The position numbers and the translations under genes are program-made. Positions 30,385 through 41,047 of a stretch of DNA of 64,000 bases are shown piece after piece. The stretch is from an uncultured Nitrososphaerales archaeon (lineage in GTDB: Archaea > Thermoproteota > Nitrososphaeria > Nitrososphaerales > Nitrososphaeraceae): assembly GCA_963695855.1 (NCBI GenBank), contig CAVOHZ010000010.1, positions 736,001 to 800,000 of the forward strand. Reading direction: 5' to 3'. Every line of letters starts with the position of its first letter. Position 1 is the stretch's first letter. Below the pieces are notes generated by a model. The model was given only the letters and a program-made list of their open reading frames with translations, did not search any database and was not told where the DNA came from.

Positions 30385-31656
30385 ATGAAATTTAAAAGAA
30401 CCAAGAATTTTCATCCATCAAAGGATATCTCGTGTACATTAGGCGATGAGCTTAAAGGAAAACAGGTAATATTATGTGTTTCTGGCAGTGTCGCCGCATA
30501 CAAAGCCATAGATTTTGCTAGACTTCTCATGAGGCATGGTGCAGATGTATTTGCAGTAATTTCTAAATCTACATCTTTATTATTAAATCCTAATTTTTTA
30601 AAATGGGCTACAGGAAACGAGGTAGTTGCAAAATTAACTGGAAATATGGAACATATTGCTTTGGGAGACTTTGAAATGTCTGATTTAGTAGTAGTATATC
30701 CATGTACTGCAAATACTTTGGGTAAATTCGCATGTGGGATAGATGATACTCCTATTACATCAATTCTTACAGTTTCTCTTGGATCCAAAATTCCAATATT
30801 TATAGCTCCAGCTATGCACGAAGCAATGTATCACAATCCTTTTGTGGTCAATAATTTAGAAACAATAAGACAAAATGGTGTGTCAATAATAGAACCATCC
30901 ATGATTGAAGGAAAAGCAAAAATTGCAACACCTGAAAATGCATTATCTCAAATTTTGAATTTTTTTGCACAATCCAATAATAAAATTTTGTCGAATAAAA
31001 AAATTCTTGTAACCTCTGGAAGTACTATAGAATTTATCGATCCTGTAAGAGTTATATCTAATCTGAGTTCAGGAAAAATGGGTCAAGCACTTGTAAACGA
31101 AGCTTTAAAACAAGGCGCGCATGTTACTCATATATCAGGTAATTCCTTCCTTAAACCTTTAACTAATAGAAATTTAAAAAATATCCAGATTACTACATCT
31201 GAGGATATGTATGAGCAAGTGACATCTGAATTATCTTCTAAGAAATATCATATTGCGATAATGGCTGCTGCAGTCTCTGACTTTAAGGTGAATCAAGTAA
31301 ATAAAAAGAAGATCAGAAGTCGCGGTTATAATAAATTGACAATAGATTTGTTTCCAACGAAAAAGATCATAAATTGCATAAAATTGGTGGATAAGAATAT
31401 TTTTCTTGTAGGTTTTACAGCCTATCATGATGTATCCAATTCATTTCTTATTTCTAGGGCAAATGAAAAATTAAAAGAATCTAATAGTGATATTATTATT
31501 GCAAATGACGTTGGAAGAAAATATTCTACTATTGGTTCAGATTATAATGAAGTATTTATAATTTCTAAAAATAAACCCGTTGTTCATTTACCTCCTGAAC
31601 GAAAAGACCTCATCGCAAAAAAAATATATGAAATAATTGCCTCATACTTGGAATGA
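30385..31656 (+). CDS. coaBC: Phosphopantothenoylcysteine decarboxylase/ligase
   Basis: GSVAAYK, PCTANT, PAMH, IDPVRVISNLSSGKMG, AAAVSDF, IANDV. Confidence 0.95.
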   Translation: MKFKRTKNFHPSKDISCTLGDELKGKQVILCVSGSVAAYKAIDFARLLMRHGADVFAVISKSTSLLLNPNFLKWATGNEVVAKLTGNMEHIALGDFEMSDLVVVYPCTANTLGKFACGIDDTPITSILTVSLGSKIPIFIAPAMHEAMYHNPFVVNNLETIRQNGVSIIEPSMIEGKAKIATPENALSQILNFFAQSNNKILSNKKILVTSGSTIEFIDPVRVISNLSSGKMGQALVNEALKQGAHVTHISGNSFLKPLTNRNLKNIQITTSEDMYEQVTSELSSKKYHIAIMAAAVSDFKVNQVNKKKIRSRGYNKLTIDLFPTKKIINCIKLVDKNIFLVGFTAYHDVSNSFLISRANEKLKESNSDIIIANDVGRKYSTIGSDYNEVFIISKNKPVVHLPPERKDLIAKKIYEIIASYLE

Positions 31657-31720
31657 ATAATAAATTAACCTTGTTATATATTTTCAATTGAAATTTTTTG
31701 AACAAATTTATTATAATATA

Positions 31721-32808
31721 TTATAATATAACTAGATTATTTCTAAATTTGTTCATTTTTTGTACACCGTTTTTTATTTTGTTATCTATGATCACACTAT
31801 CCTCTATTCTAATACCAAATTTGGACTTTAAATAAATTCCTGGTTCTATTGTTATGGTCATATTATTATTTAAGATCTGGTTATTGTTTCTGCGAATCCA
31901 AGGGGGTTCGTGAACATCCAAACCAATTCCATGTCCTGTAGAATGATTAAATTCTTCATTGTAACCCCTATTCGAAATAAAATCTCTGCAAATTTTATCT
32001 ACTTCTCCAGCTGTTGTGTTTTCGCATGCGTTTTTAACCCCTAAATCTTGTGACTCTCTAACTATTTCATAGATTTTTTTCATTTCTGAACTAATTCTCC
32101 CAAGAGCAAAAGTTCTTGTTGCATCGCCAACATATCCTTTATATCTTAATGTTATGTCTACCACAATAAAATCACCCGCCTTGAATCTTCTATCTGAAAC
32201 ATTTGAGTGTGGTAATGCTCCATTTGGACCACTTGCGATAATAAAAGGATTTAGAGTCGACCTGTACGAAGGCAAGCTTGCTTTCTTTTTTAAAGCCTCA
32301 TACACTAGTGTTGTCTGTAACTGTCTTTCAGAAATTCCAACCTTTACCTCATTTATACAGACTTCAAATAAGTAATCTATGATCTTTGCTGCATGCTGAA
32401 TATTTCTTATTTCTTCCCTATCTTTAATCATTCTACATTTAAAAAAAGGCTCATCATTGACAATGATTCTTTTTTTTTCCTATATGATTCCTCAAATATT
32501 CAACTCTATTGTATTCCTCACAATCCGTTATTGACGAATCGCTATTTTTTAAATCTGATATAACAGAAAATAAAATATCATTCCCCCTTTCAGACTGAAC
32601 CACTTCGCAATCCTTTGAATCTAGGTTAGCTCGAACATACTCTAATTTCGGAGTATATAACCTAGTCAGGTCTTGATCGACCAACAGGTACTCCCTCCCC
32701 CCAAAATCCTGTAAAATAATAAATATTTTCTGGTTTAAAGGAAATTAAATTTCTACCTCCATACTTTGATACAGCTTTTAATATGTTTTTTCTGCGGTCA
32801 CCGAACAT
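31721..32808 (-). pseudogene. Xaa-Pro aminopeptidase (M24) with two frameshifts
   Basis: Intact catalytic domain (HSTGHGIGLDVHE, TIEPGIY, GIRIED); N-terminus MFGDRRKNIL..PENIYYFTGFWGEG lies in other frames; shifts near 32688 and at the T9 run 32470-32478. Confidence 0.85.
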
Positions 32809-34032
32809 ATTTTTAGGTTGTAATCTTATCTTTTATTCCTTTTCAATAATATTACGGGTATATTTGTTATAAACACGGATTAATACTTCAAATGGAAGTC
32901 TACAGGTTTTTATACTAATCTAAGCAGATGGTTCCTATCATGATAGTAATACTATTTCAGTTAATATGATTTAGTACTATGAAATCAGCAATAAAAGTAG
33001 CAAAGAATGTTAGATGTAAAAAAACTAACTATTTCAAAAGAAATTTGACAGTAATGGGCACACAACTGAATTTAACAAATGGAGTAATAGTGACTCTTAT
33101 TGAAAAATATCGATTGTAGAATCTGTTTTTTCCTTCATGAAAAGATGCTTCATGAATATATGGCAGTTAAATTTCCCAACATGGTAAAGAAATGATCATG
33201 AAAACATCACTCTACAATCTGTTTACCTCCATAACATAATTCTAGATTAGTTTTTGAAAATGAAACTATTATGGCGTCAGGATTTTGGATATTATTACAT
33301 TAAACTGGAGACTCTTTCTTCATATGTCATTTAGACTTAGAATTAAAACAATTGTTATTTTTATCGGAAGGAATAAAAAATATGTCAAACCTCGTTTTCA
33401 ATAATATCCTAATCAATCATTTGATAATAGTCCTACAAAAGCAAACTATTGACCTTGAAAAATTTTAATAAAACTTTTTCATCCTGAATATTATAATATT
33501 TTTTCATTTTTTCTAATAATTTATCATCATAAAATATTGCTCCGATCATCTTATGTTCACTATATAATTTAGGTATTTTTTAAAATCATCATTGTAAATT
33601 TTTTATACTTGATTCACATTAATCATTTTAGCTGATTTTATTTATTGTACTTTCAACATGATCTACAGGAAAAAGATCACATGTATCTGCGTATGTGTTA
33701 TACTTTGATCTCGACGTTTAGATTAAATTGACAACTTCAGAGTTTATATCTTTTTTTGCCAAAACTAAAATATCTAAGATATCAAATGTAGATTTTTAAT
33801 TATTTAATGATAATTCTATGAGTTATAGATTTATTTCTTTAAAAAAAATTTGTTTTTATTTTTAATGATATTAAAGCCAATACGTTAAGTAACTGCAAAT
33901 AAGAATTTTACCTCGAATGTATAGAAATTTCATATCACTAAAATTCGTTATAAATTGGGGATTTCTAGTGCACTGATTTTTTGGTTGAATATATATTAAA
34001 ATATAGGTTCAACAGACTGTTATTGAAAAATC

Positions 34033-35175
34033 ATGGAATATTTGGTTATGTTGCCAGGTCCAACTAACGTTCCAAATCGTGTCATGAATGCTATGATTGC
34101 CCCAATAATAAATCATCGTAGCGAAGATTTTCGTGTTCTGTATAAGGGAATAATCGAAAAGACTCAGAAAGTTTTTGATACTTCAAGTGATATTATTCTT
34201 CTCACTACATCTGGAACTGGTGCAGTCGAATCCTCAGTAGTTAATCTAATAAAGAAAGGTGATAAAGCAATAATTCCAGTTAATGGTGAATTCAGTACAC
34301 GTCTAGCCGATTTAATTGATAGTTGGGGTGGAATGGCAATAAGGGTCAATGCGCCATTTGGTCAGAATCCCCCAATAGAAGAAATAGAAAAGGCATTTGA
34401 AGATAATAAAGATGTTAAAGCAGTTTATGCTGTGTACAATGAAACATCAACTGGCACTACTATAAGATATTTGGATAAACTCGGAGATCTTTCCAGCAAA
34501 TTTGGCTCATTTTTTGTAGCAGATGCGGTTTCAATACTAGGAGGAGATGAACTCCCAGTTGATAAGTGGAATGTTGACATCTGTATAGCTGCTTCCCAAA
34601 AGGCATTAGCAGCACCCCCTGGTGTATCTCCGGTGTCGATCAATGAACGGACCAAAAAATACATGCAGTATAATCCTTCACCAATACTTTACCTAAATTT
34701 CAATAGGTATTTTAAATATTACCAAGAACATATAGAGACCCCTTTCACTCCAGCATTACCTCTCTATTATGCATTTGATGAAGCCTTAAATATCATTATA
34801 GACGAGGGAATGACTAACAGAATACAGCGGCATAGAATATGTGCTGATGCATTTTATTCTGGTCTTAATATTTTAGGATTAACTCCTTTTGCTAATGAAA
34901 ACGCGAGAAGCAATGTTGTTATTGCGTTAAACTATCTCGACGGAATGGACGATAAGAAATTTAGAACTCTATTATCTGATAAATTTAGGGTTCTAGTTGC
35001 TGGAGGATTTGGAAATCTTAAGGGGAAAGTTTTCAGAATTGGGAGTATGGGTGAAGTGAATGAGTATCATGTTATGAGAACAATGTCTTCTATTTATTCT
35101 GCCATGACAATGCTCGGAATTGAAGTAAACAAAGAAGCGTTATCTGTAACAGAAGAAAAATTGAAAAAACTATAA
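34033..35175 (+). CDS. Class V PLP aminotransferase (serine-pyruvate/alanine-glyoxylate type)
   Basis: MLPGPT, SGTGAVE, NETSTG, DAVS, ASQKAL..PPG, FRIGSMG. Confidence 0.93.
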   Translation: MEYLVMLPGPTNVPNRVMNAMIAPIINHRSEDFRVLYKGIIEKTQKVFDTSSDIILLTTSGTGAVESSVVNLIKKGDKAIIPVNGEFSTRLADLIDSWGGMAIRVNAPFGQNPPIEEIEKAFEDNKDVKAVYAVYNETSTGTTIRYLDKLGDLSSKFGSFFVADAVSILGGDELPVDKWNVDICIAASQKALAAPPGVSPVSINERTKKYMQYNPSPILYLNFNRYFKYYQEHIETPFTPALPLYYAFDEALNIIIDEGMTNRIQRHRICADAFYSGLNILGLTPFANENARSNVVIALNYLDGMDDKKFRTLLSDKFRVLVAGGFGNLKGKVFRIGSMGEVNEYHVMRTMSSIYSAMTMLGIEVNKEALSVTEEKLKKL

Positions 35176-35236
35176 ACCATATAAACATTTTTAATTTTCG
35201 TCAAGCTTAATATAAGGTAAATTAATAGCGATTTTT

Positions 35237-36121
35237 ATGCCTTTTGAAAAAGGATCCCTAATACTATTAGATTATACTGCAAGAATCAAAGATAATAATG
35301 AAATTTTTGAAACTACCCGAGAAGAAGATGCTAAAAATTCGAATTTATATGATCCGGTAAGAAAATATGAACCTCGTCTTGTATCAATAGGAGAAGGGTG
35401 GGTTCTCAGAGGCGTAGATGAAGCACTTTCTACTGCTAATGTAGGCGATAAATTAGTGATTGAAATTTCTCCCGATAAAGGCTTCGGGGATAGAGATGCG
35501 AATAAAATACGAATGATTCCACAAAGAAAGTTGGGAGAAAAAGCTGCCGAAATAAAGGTAGGTGATGTTGTAGAGATTGATGAAAGGCCTGGTATTGTAA
35601 GATATATAGGTTCTGGGCGCGTTCAAATAGATTATAATCATAGACTTGCAAGTAGAAGTTTGGTATACGATGTAAATATTATCCAGAAATTGGATACAAA
35701 CGAAGAAAAAATAAAGAATTTAATGAAAAGACGTCTTCCGCTCAATGAAGAAAAGATAAAGTTTGAAATGCAAGATGATACACTCGAGATCGAACTTCCC
35801 GAAGAACTTTTGTTATTAGATGGATTACAAATAATTAAACGAGCTATTTCTACTGATCTCTTTAAATTTATGACTTCCCTTAAAAAAATTATATTCAAGG
35901 AAGTTTATAGTTTACCATCTTCTAAAGGCTCTCAAAAATTGGAAGCAACAACTGCTGAAGCAACAACTGCTGAAGCAACAACTGCTGAAGCAACAACTGC
36001 TGAAGCAACAACTGCTGAAGCAACAACTGCTGAAGCAACAACTGCTGAAGCAACAACTGCTGAAGCAACAACTGCTGAAGCAACAACTGCTGAAGCAACA
36101 ACTGCTGAAGCAAGAACCTAA
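35237..36121 (+). CDS. slyD: Long-type FKBP peptidyl-prolyl isomerase with repeat tail
   Basis: LDYTAR..EIFETT, ISPDKGFGDRD, IDYNHRLA; C-terminal (EATTA)11. Confidence 0.9.
   Translation: MPFEKGSLILLDYTARIKDNNEIFETTREEDAKNSNLYDPVRKYEPRLVSIGEGWVLRGVDEALSTANVGDKLVIEISPDKGFGDRDANKIRMIPQRKLGEKAAEIKVGDVVEIDERPGIVRYIGSGRVQIDYNHRLASRSLVYDVNIIQKLDTNEEKIKNLMKRRLPLNEEKIKFEMQDDTLEIELPEELLLLDGLQIIKRAISTDLFKFMTSLKKIIFKEVYSLPSSKGSQKLEATTAEATTAEATTAEATTAEATTAEATTAEATTAEATTAEATTAEATTAEATTAEART
35942..36113 (+). repeat. Perfect 15-bp tandem repeat GAAGCAACAACTGCT x11 plus partial
   Basis: Directly visible, in frame, encodes EATTA. Confidence 0.97.
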
Positions 36122-36190
36122 TTCAGAGTCAATCTATCAATTATTTTTTATCTGAATACTCTCATTTCTGACTATGTATGAGAACTGAAA

Positions 36191-37252
36191 TCATATTACT
36201 TGTACATCTTTGGCCAATTCATAAGCAGTTTTCCGATCTAATTTATTCTTGCTTAATATCGTATATCTTTCTGGTCTTAGTGATTGGGCAATTACTAATG
36301 CTTGAACAACATGATTTTCATCTATATTTACTTGTGATGCCTTAGTAGGTGCTCCTAGACTCTCAAGAGCTTCAATTATTTTCTCATAATCTAGACCTTG
36401 TAATTTAGCCATCATTATGGTGCCAAGACCAACCCTTTCGCCATGTAACCCACAGAAATTGCCAGCAATATACTCTACAGCATGACTAAATAGGTGTTCA
36501 GATCCAGAACAAGGTCTACTACTACCTGCAATGCATGCTGCAACTCCGGAACTAATTAAAGCTTCTATAATTGTCCTGACACCAATTTTCTTATTTTTTA
36601 ACAATTCTTTTGATCTATTCATTATAATTGATGCACTCATTTGTGCGAGATTGGCTGAATAAGTTCCGAAGTATTCGTTTTTTTCCTCCTTAGCCAATTC
36701 CCAATCTTTTACAGCAGTTAATTTACCAATTAAATCTCCACATCCGCTAGATAATAGTCTTATTGGTGCCTCTGAAATAAGCTTTGTATCTGCTAATACC
36801 CCTATCGGAGTTGTTACTTTAATGGAGTGAGGTTTATGTGTCCCTCGTAATGATACAAATGGACTTGCAATACCATCATGTGAAGCAGAGGTTGGAACAC
36901 TAATAAAAGGTTTTTTCAAATAGAATGCTATCATTTTTCCTACATCTACAGATTTTCCTCCTCCAACTCCTAAAATAATATCAGGTTCAAGTTTTCTTAT
37001 ATCTGTCTCTGATTTAGCTACAATTTCTATAGAAGCTTCTTTTCTAATGTACCAATAACCATTTAGACCTTCCTTATGGAATGTTTCGTTAACGTGATCT
37101 TCAATCCTTTTTTTTACGTTTTCTCCAGATATCAGTACAACGTTTACAATCTTGTTATTGATACTTTTTACAAAACTGCCTAATGAAGAAATGACATTAT
37201 CTCCTATTAAAATTTCTCTCGGTAATTCCATTAAATGAGAATTTATATCCAA
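36191..37252 (-). CDS. egsA: sn-glycerol-1-phosphate dehydrogenase
   Basis: GVGGGKSVDVGK, PTSASHDGIAS, SSRPCSGSEHLFSHA, LHGE. Confidence 0.95.
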   Translation of the reverse strand: MDINSHLMELPREILIGDNVISSLGSFVKSINNKIVNVVLISGENVKKRIEDHVNETFHKEGLNGYWYIRKEASIEIVAKSETDIRKLEPDIILGVGGGKSVDVGKMIAFYLKKPFISVPTSASHDGIASPFVSLRGTHKPHSIKVTTPIGVLADTKLISEAPIRLLSSGCGDLIGKLTAVKDWELAKEEKNEYFGTYSANLAQMSASIIMNRSKELLKNKKIGVRTIIEALISSGVAACIAGSSRPCSGSEHLFSHAVEYIAGNFCGLHGERVGLGTIMMAKLQGLDYEKIIEALESLGAPTKASQVNIDENHVVQALVIAQSLRPERYTILSKNKLDRKTAYELAKDVQVI

Positions 37253-37331
37253 ATTAGTTTTCGATTCTATTTTATTCCAATAAAATAAATTTATTTCTTA
37301 AATTAATTGTTATTAATATTTCTGAATCATT

Positions 37332-37622
37332 TTATTTGTTTTGAATGGTTTCTGCTATAGCATAGCCCATTCCAACCCTTGTAATTTTTATTCTAACTTC
37401 GTCTCCTACCTTTGTGCCAGCTACAAAAATTACCATACCTTCTATCTTGGCAACACCTGAATCTCCTCTTTTACTCATATCTTCTATCTTAACATCATAT
37501 TCTTCGCCTACTTTTACTGGGATCCTAAAGGATCTAAATTTGCGAAAACCTCCATCCTTTTCCCCATCCTCTCTAGTGGAATTCTTATTTTCTAAACTAT
37601 TTTCTCTATCCACGTTTTCCAA
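37332..37622 (-). CDS. Single TRAM-domain RNA-binding protein
   Basis: PVKVGEEYDVKIEDMSKRGD.GVAKIEG..IFVAG. Confidence 0.9.
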   Translation of the reverse strand: MENVDRENSLENKNSTREDGEKDGGFRKFRSFRIPVKVGEEYDVKIEDMSKRGDSGVAKIEGMVIFVAGTKVGDEVRIKITRVGMGYAIAETIQNK

Positions 37623-37772
37623 TCTCTATTCGTATCTGACTTATTATCCATTACTATTTCAACTTTTTTTTTATTAATAGTAAAGGATAAATATTTTCAC
37701 TATTAATTTATTACAATTGATTTATATTCCATATAGATTTTTTTTAACTTTAAAAAATTATAGGAAAATAAT

Positions 37773-39647
37773 ATGACGTTTACAAATTTCGATAATGAAA
37801 ATACAAATCAAAATATAATGACCGTTATTTTGAAAAGCCTTCCAAAAGAATCAGGATTGACTAAAATTGAATATGAAGGACCGGCAATAGCCCTTTACAC
37901 TCGTAATCCGAAATTTTTGATTGAAAATTCTCAAGCTTTGACAAATATGGTTAGTATCATCCGAAAAAGGATTGTGATTAGAACCGACGAATCCATAAGA
38001 AAATCGGAAAAAGAAGCATCATTCATCATACAAAAATACTTTAATTCAAATAATATAAAAAAGATTTTTTTTGACTATGCATTAGGTGAAATAACGATTT
38101 ACACGAACGATCTTTCAGAACGTGCGTCAAAAGATGGGATTTTGAATATTCTAGACCTAGTTGCTGAAACAGGATGGAAGATCAAGATCAGAAAATCTCC
38201 AAAGATCCTTTCTTCAATTCAATTCATAAATAAAGTATTGAACGATGCTACTGATTATCGAATAAAATTTTATAAAAAAGTTGGGGAAAATCTTTTTCGA
38301 TCAAAGCTAAGTAATATTCATGAAGCTAGTCTGTTAGCGTTGGGAGGCTTTGGAGAAATAGGCAGATCATGTTTTTTACTCGTTACTAGTGAAAGCAAAA
38401 TTTTATTGGATTGTGGAATTAATGTTCAAGAGAACAGATCAATACAACACTTCCCAAGATTGGATATTACGGGTTTTCGAATTGAAGAAATCGATGGGGT
38501 AGTAATTAGTCATGCACATATAGACCATATCGGATTTCTACCTTTTCTTTTTAAATACGGATATCGTGGACCAATCTATTGTACAGAACCGACATTGCCT
38601 TTAATGGCTTTGCTTTTTCTAGATTATTGCAAATATCATGATATATACTCGAACGATGATATTAAAAATGTCATAATACATACTATTATAGTGAATCCAA
38701 ATGAAGTGACTGATATAACACCGGATATTAAATTAACATTATATAATTCTGGACACATTTTAGGTTCAGTATCTACTCACCTTCATATTGGAAATGGTGA
38801 TCACAATGTTGTATATACTAGTGATTTAAAATTCGGGAAAACTAATCTACTGGATAATGCATCTTGGAATTTTCCGCGAGTAGAAACATTGATAATTGAA
38901 GGCACTTTTGGAAGTAGGGATTACCCATATAAACGTGATGAATATGGTCCATTTTTGATTGAAAGCATTAATCAGACTCTTAGATCAAACGGAAAAGTTC
39001 TAATTCCAATTCCAATTATAGGCCTTTCTCAGGAACTTATATACATATTAAACCAATATCAAAATTCTGGTGCATTGGATCCAGTACCTATATTTGTGGA
39101 TAATTCCATTCTTGAATCTACCAATATTTATGAAATGTATCATGAGTATCTTTCAAAAGATCTAAAAGAAAAACTGCCGATATACAATACAAACATATTC
39201 AATCATGACAATCTTGTATCAATTCCATCTAGGTCGAAAGTCGATAAACCCGCAGTTATTTTAGCTCCGTCTTCAATGTTGATAGGAGGAACTTCCGTCA
39301 GGATCTTGAAACAAATATGTAAAGATCCAACTAACAAAATTTTATTACTATCTTATCAAGCTCAAGGAACACCAGGAAATGAAATTCAATTAGGAGCCAA
39401 AGAGATTTTCATTAATGAACAAAAAATTGATATTAGATGTAAAGTTGATTTTATCCATGGCTTTAGTAATCATAGTGACTACAATCAGCTTCTCGCCTAT
39501 GTTAGCCGTCTAAAGCCAAAACTTAAACGGGTAATTGTAAATCATGGAGAAAAACCTCGAGTCCAAAATTTAGCCGTTTCCATTAACAAGACTCTTAATA
39601 TTCCTTGTCATTATCTTTTAGTACCTGAAGCAACAAAACTATTATGA
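37773..39647 (+). CDS. Beta-CASP ribonuclease, aCPSF1-like (KH + MBL + beta-CASP)
   Basis: KIEYEGP KH domain, LGGFGEIGRSC, SHAHIDH, SGHILGS, HSD, NHGE; may be a divergent paralogue. Confidence 0.88.
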   Translation: MTFTNFDNENTNQNIMTVILKSLPKESGLTKIEYEGPAIALYTRNPKFLIENSQALTNMVSIIRKRIVIRTDESIRKSEKEASFIIQKYFNSNNIKKIFFDYALGEITIYTNDLSERASKDGILNILDLVAETGWKIKIRKSPKILSSIQFINKVLNDATDYRIKFYKKVGENLFRSKLSNIHEASLLALGGFGEIGRSCFLLVTSESKILLDCGINVQENRSIQHFPRLDITGFRIEEIDGVVISHAHIDHIGFLPFLFKYGYRGPIYCTEPTLPLMALLFLDYCKYHDIYSNDDIKNVIIHTIIVNPNEVTDITPDIKLTLYNSGHILGSVSTHLHIGNGDHNVVYTSDLKFGKTNLLDNASWNFPRVETLIIEGTFGSRDYPYKRDEYGPFLIESINQTLRSNGKVLIPIPIIGLSQELIYILNQYQNSGALDPVPIFVDNSILESTNIYEMYHEYLSKDLKEKLPIYNTNIFNHDNLVSIPSRSKVDKPAVILAPSSMLIGGTSVRILKQICKDPTNKILLLSYQAQGTPGNEIQLGAKEIFINEQKIDIRCKVDFIHGFSNHSDYNQLLAYVSRLKPKLKRVIVNHGEKPRVQNLAVSINKTLNIPCHYLLVPEATKLL

Positions 39648-39728
39648 CCAGCAAGATATTCAATTTCATTTGCTTTTTCTTTAACGCCAGGCATTAGACT
39701 TAAACATGCTAGTCTTTCTTTAAATGAT

Positions 39729-40442
39729 ATGAATAAGGAAAATTCTATCAAGTCTTCGCTAGACCTTATTTCTAAAAAATGGTATATTGATCCAAAAATC
39801 TATGATATTCATCTGGGAAAACGAAAGGATGTAATAGATACATTAATTCAGATCAATCAAGTTATCTTTCACATTCCGAAGTTATCTGATGACAACGTTT
39901 TTGTAATATGGAAGTGTTTGTGGCCAGATTGTCATAATTGTTGTGAAAAACAAGGCCGATTGCCATTAACAAAAGATGATATTAATAACCTTACCAAAAA
40001 ACTCGGATATCCTTCAAAACCCGAGTTCATAAGAAATGAAACTAACATATCAACTTGGGAAGAAGAGGGTAACTTTGGTAATTTAATTACTATTATAACA
40101 ATGATCTCCTTAAGAAGAAAAAAAGATGAAAAAATCGAAGATGATGGAAATCCTATTAGATGCAGATTTTTAGATAAGGAAGGATATTGTCAAATTCAAT
40201 CAGATAAACCTGGTGTTTGTTGGTTATATCCATTTGCTTCTTGGACAGAATCTTCTAATGGAAAACCCCTAGTTCATGCTACTTTTCAATTTACAGGAGA
40301 TTGTCCTGGTTATTATCTCAGTGAAACAATAGATGACTTGATTCCAATATTAAATGAATATTCGACCAAAATCTATAATTACAATATGAGTGTTAATAGG
40401 ACGGTAAGAGATGGTTTAGGTATCTCTAATATTATTTACTAA
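39729..40442 (+). CDS. YkgJ-family cysteine-cluster protein
   Basis: C...CHNCC, CRFLD...C...KPGVCWLYPF, CPG. Confidence 0.85.
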   Translation: MNKENSIKSSLDLISKKWYIDPKIYDIHLGKRKDVIDTLIQINQVIFHIPKLSDDNVFVIWKCLWPDCHNCCEKQGRLPLTKDDINNLTKKLGYPSKPEFIRNETNISTWEEEGNFGNLITIITMISLRRKKDEKIEDDGNPIRCRFLDKEGYCQIQSDKPGVCWLYPFASWTESSNGKPLVHATFQFTGDCPGYYLSETIDDLIPILNEYSTKIYNYNMSVNRTVRDGLGISNIIY

Positions 40443-40572
40443 TCTTTCTTTGAGGTTAAAAAATTTGATATTTTGACACTATAAGTTAGACATGTTAATA
40501 AATAGCTTTTGTAGATAAAGCAGATAGATTTAGATTTTTTTCATCAAATGTCATTAGATAAACTAAATATTT

Positions 40573-40998
40573 ATGCAAGTCGCACTAGGTATTATGAATT
40601 CCAGTATTAACAATCCATCCAATCTCAAGACAGGAGCAGATTTATTGTTAAAAGGAGGATCTCTATTAGATATTTCTTGTAATAATTGCGGCGGGGTACA
40701 AATTCGCTACAAGACAAAAATAATATGCATTAATTGCGGCAAAGAGACACCAGAAAGTAAAGATGATGTTGGCACAAATTCTTTGGACCTACATTCTGAA
40801 AAAAACAAAGCTCATGAAAATCAATCAAATCCTAATATCGCCATCTCAGGATTTGACAAAATCATCATTCAAAAAATCTCAAATTTGTTGGATAGCCTAA
40901 AGGATGATAACGATCTTTTAAATCAAAGTACCAAGCTAGAACTGATAATTAAATACATGGAAATACTAGAAAAAATCCATAAAATTTTAAAAACTTAA
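40573..40998 (+). CDS. Autoantigen p27-like Zn-ribbon protein (UPF0148-like)
   Basis: ADLLLKGGSLL..SCNNCG...ICINC. Confidence 0.75.
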   Translation: MQVALGIMNSSINNPSNLKTGADLLLKGGSLLDISCNNCGGVQIRYKTKIICINCGKETPESKDDVGTNSLDLHSEKNKAHENQSNPNIAISGFDKIIIQKISNLLDSLKDDNDLLNQSTKLELIIKYMEILEKIHKILKT

Positions 40999-41047
40999 AA
41001 CAATCCCTTGTTTTTTGGATTGTGTCCTGATGATTGGCACAAATTAA

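Noticed and set aside
27827-31656. Four-gene CoA biosynthesis cluster as a novel system
   Set aside because: Known archaeal PoK/PPS pathway with panB and coaBC
35922-36113. Minus-strand (LLLQQ)n ORF, or a CRISPR-like array
   Set aside because: Antisense shadow of the EATTA repeat; units are contiguous with no spacers and no cas genes are present
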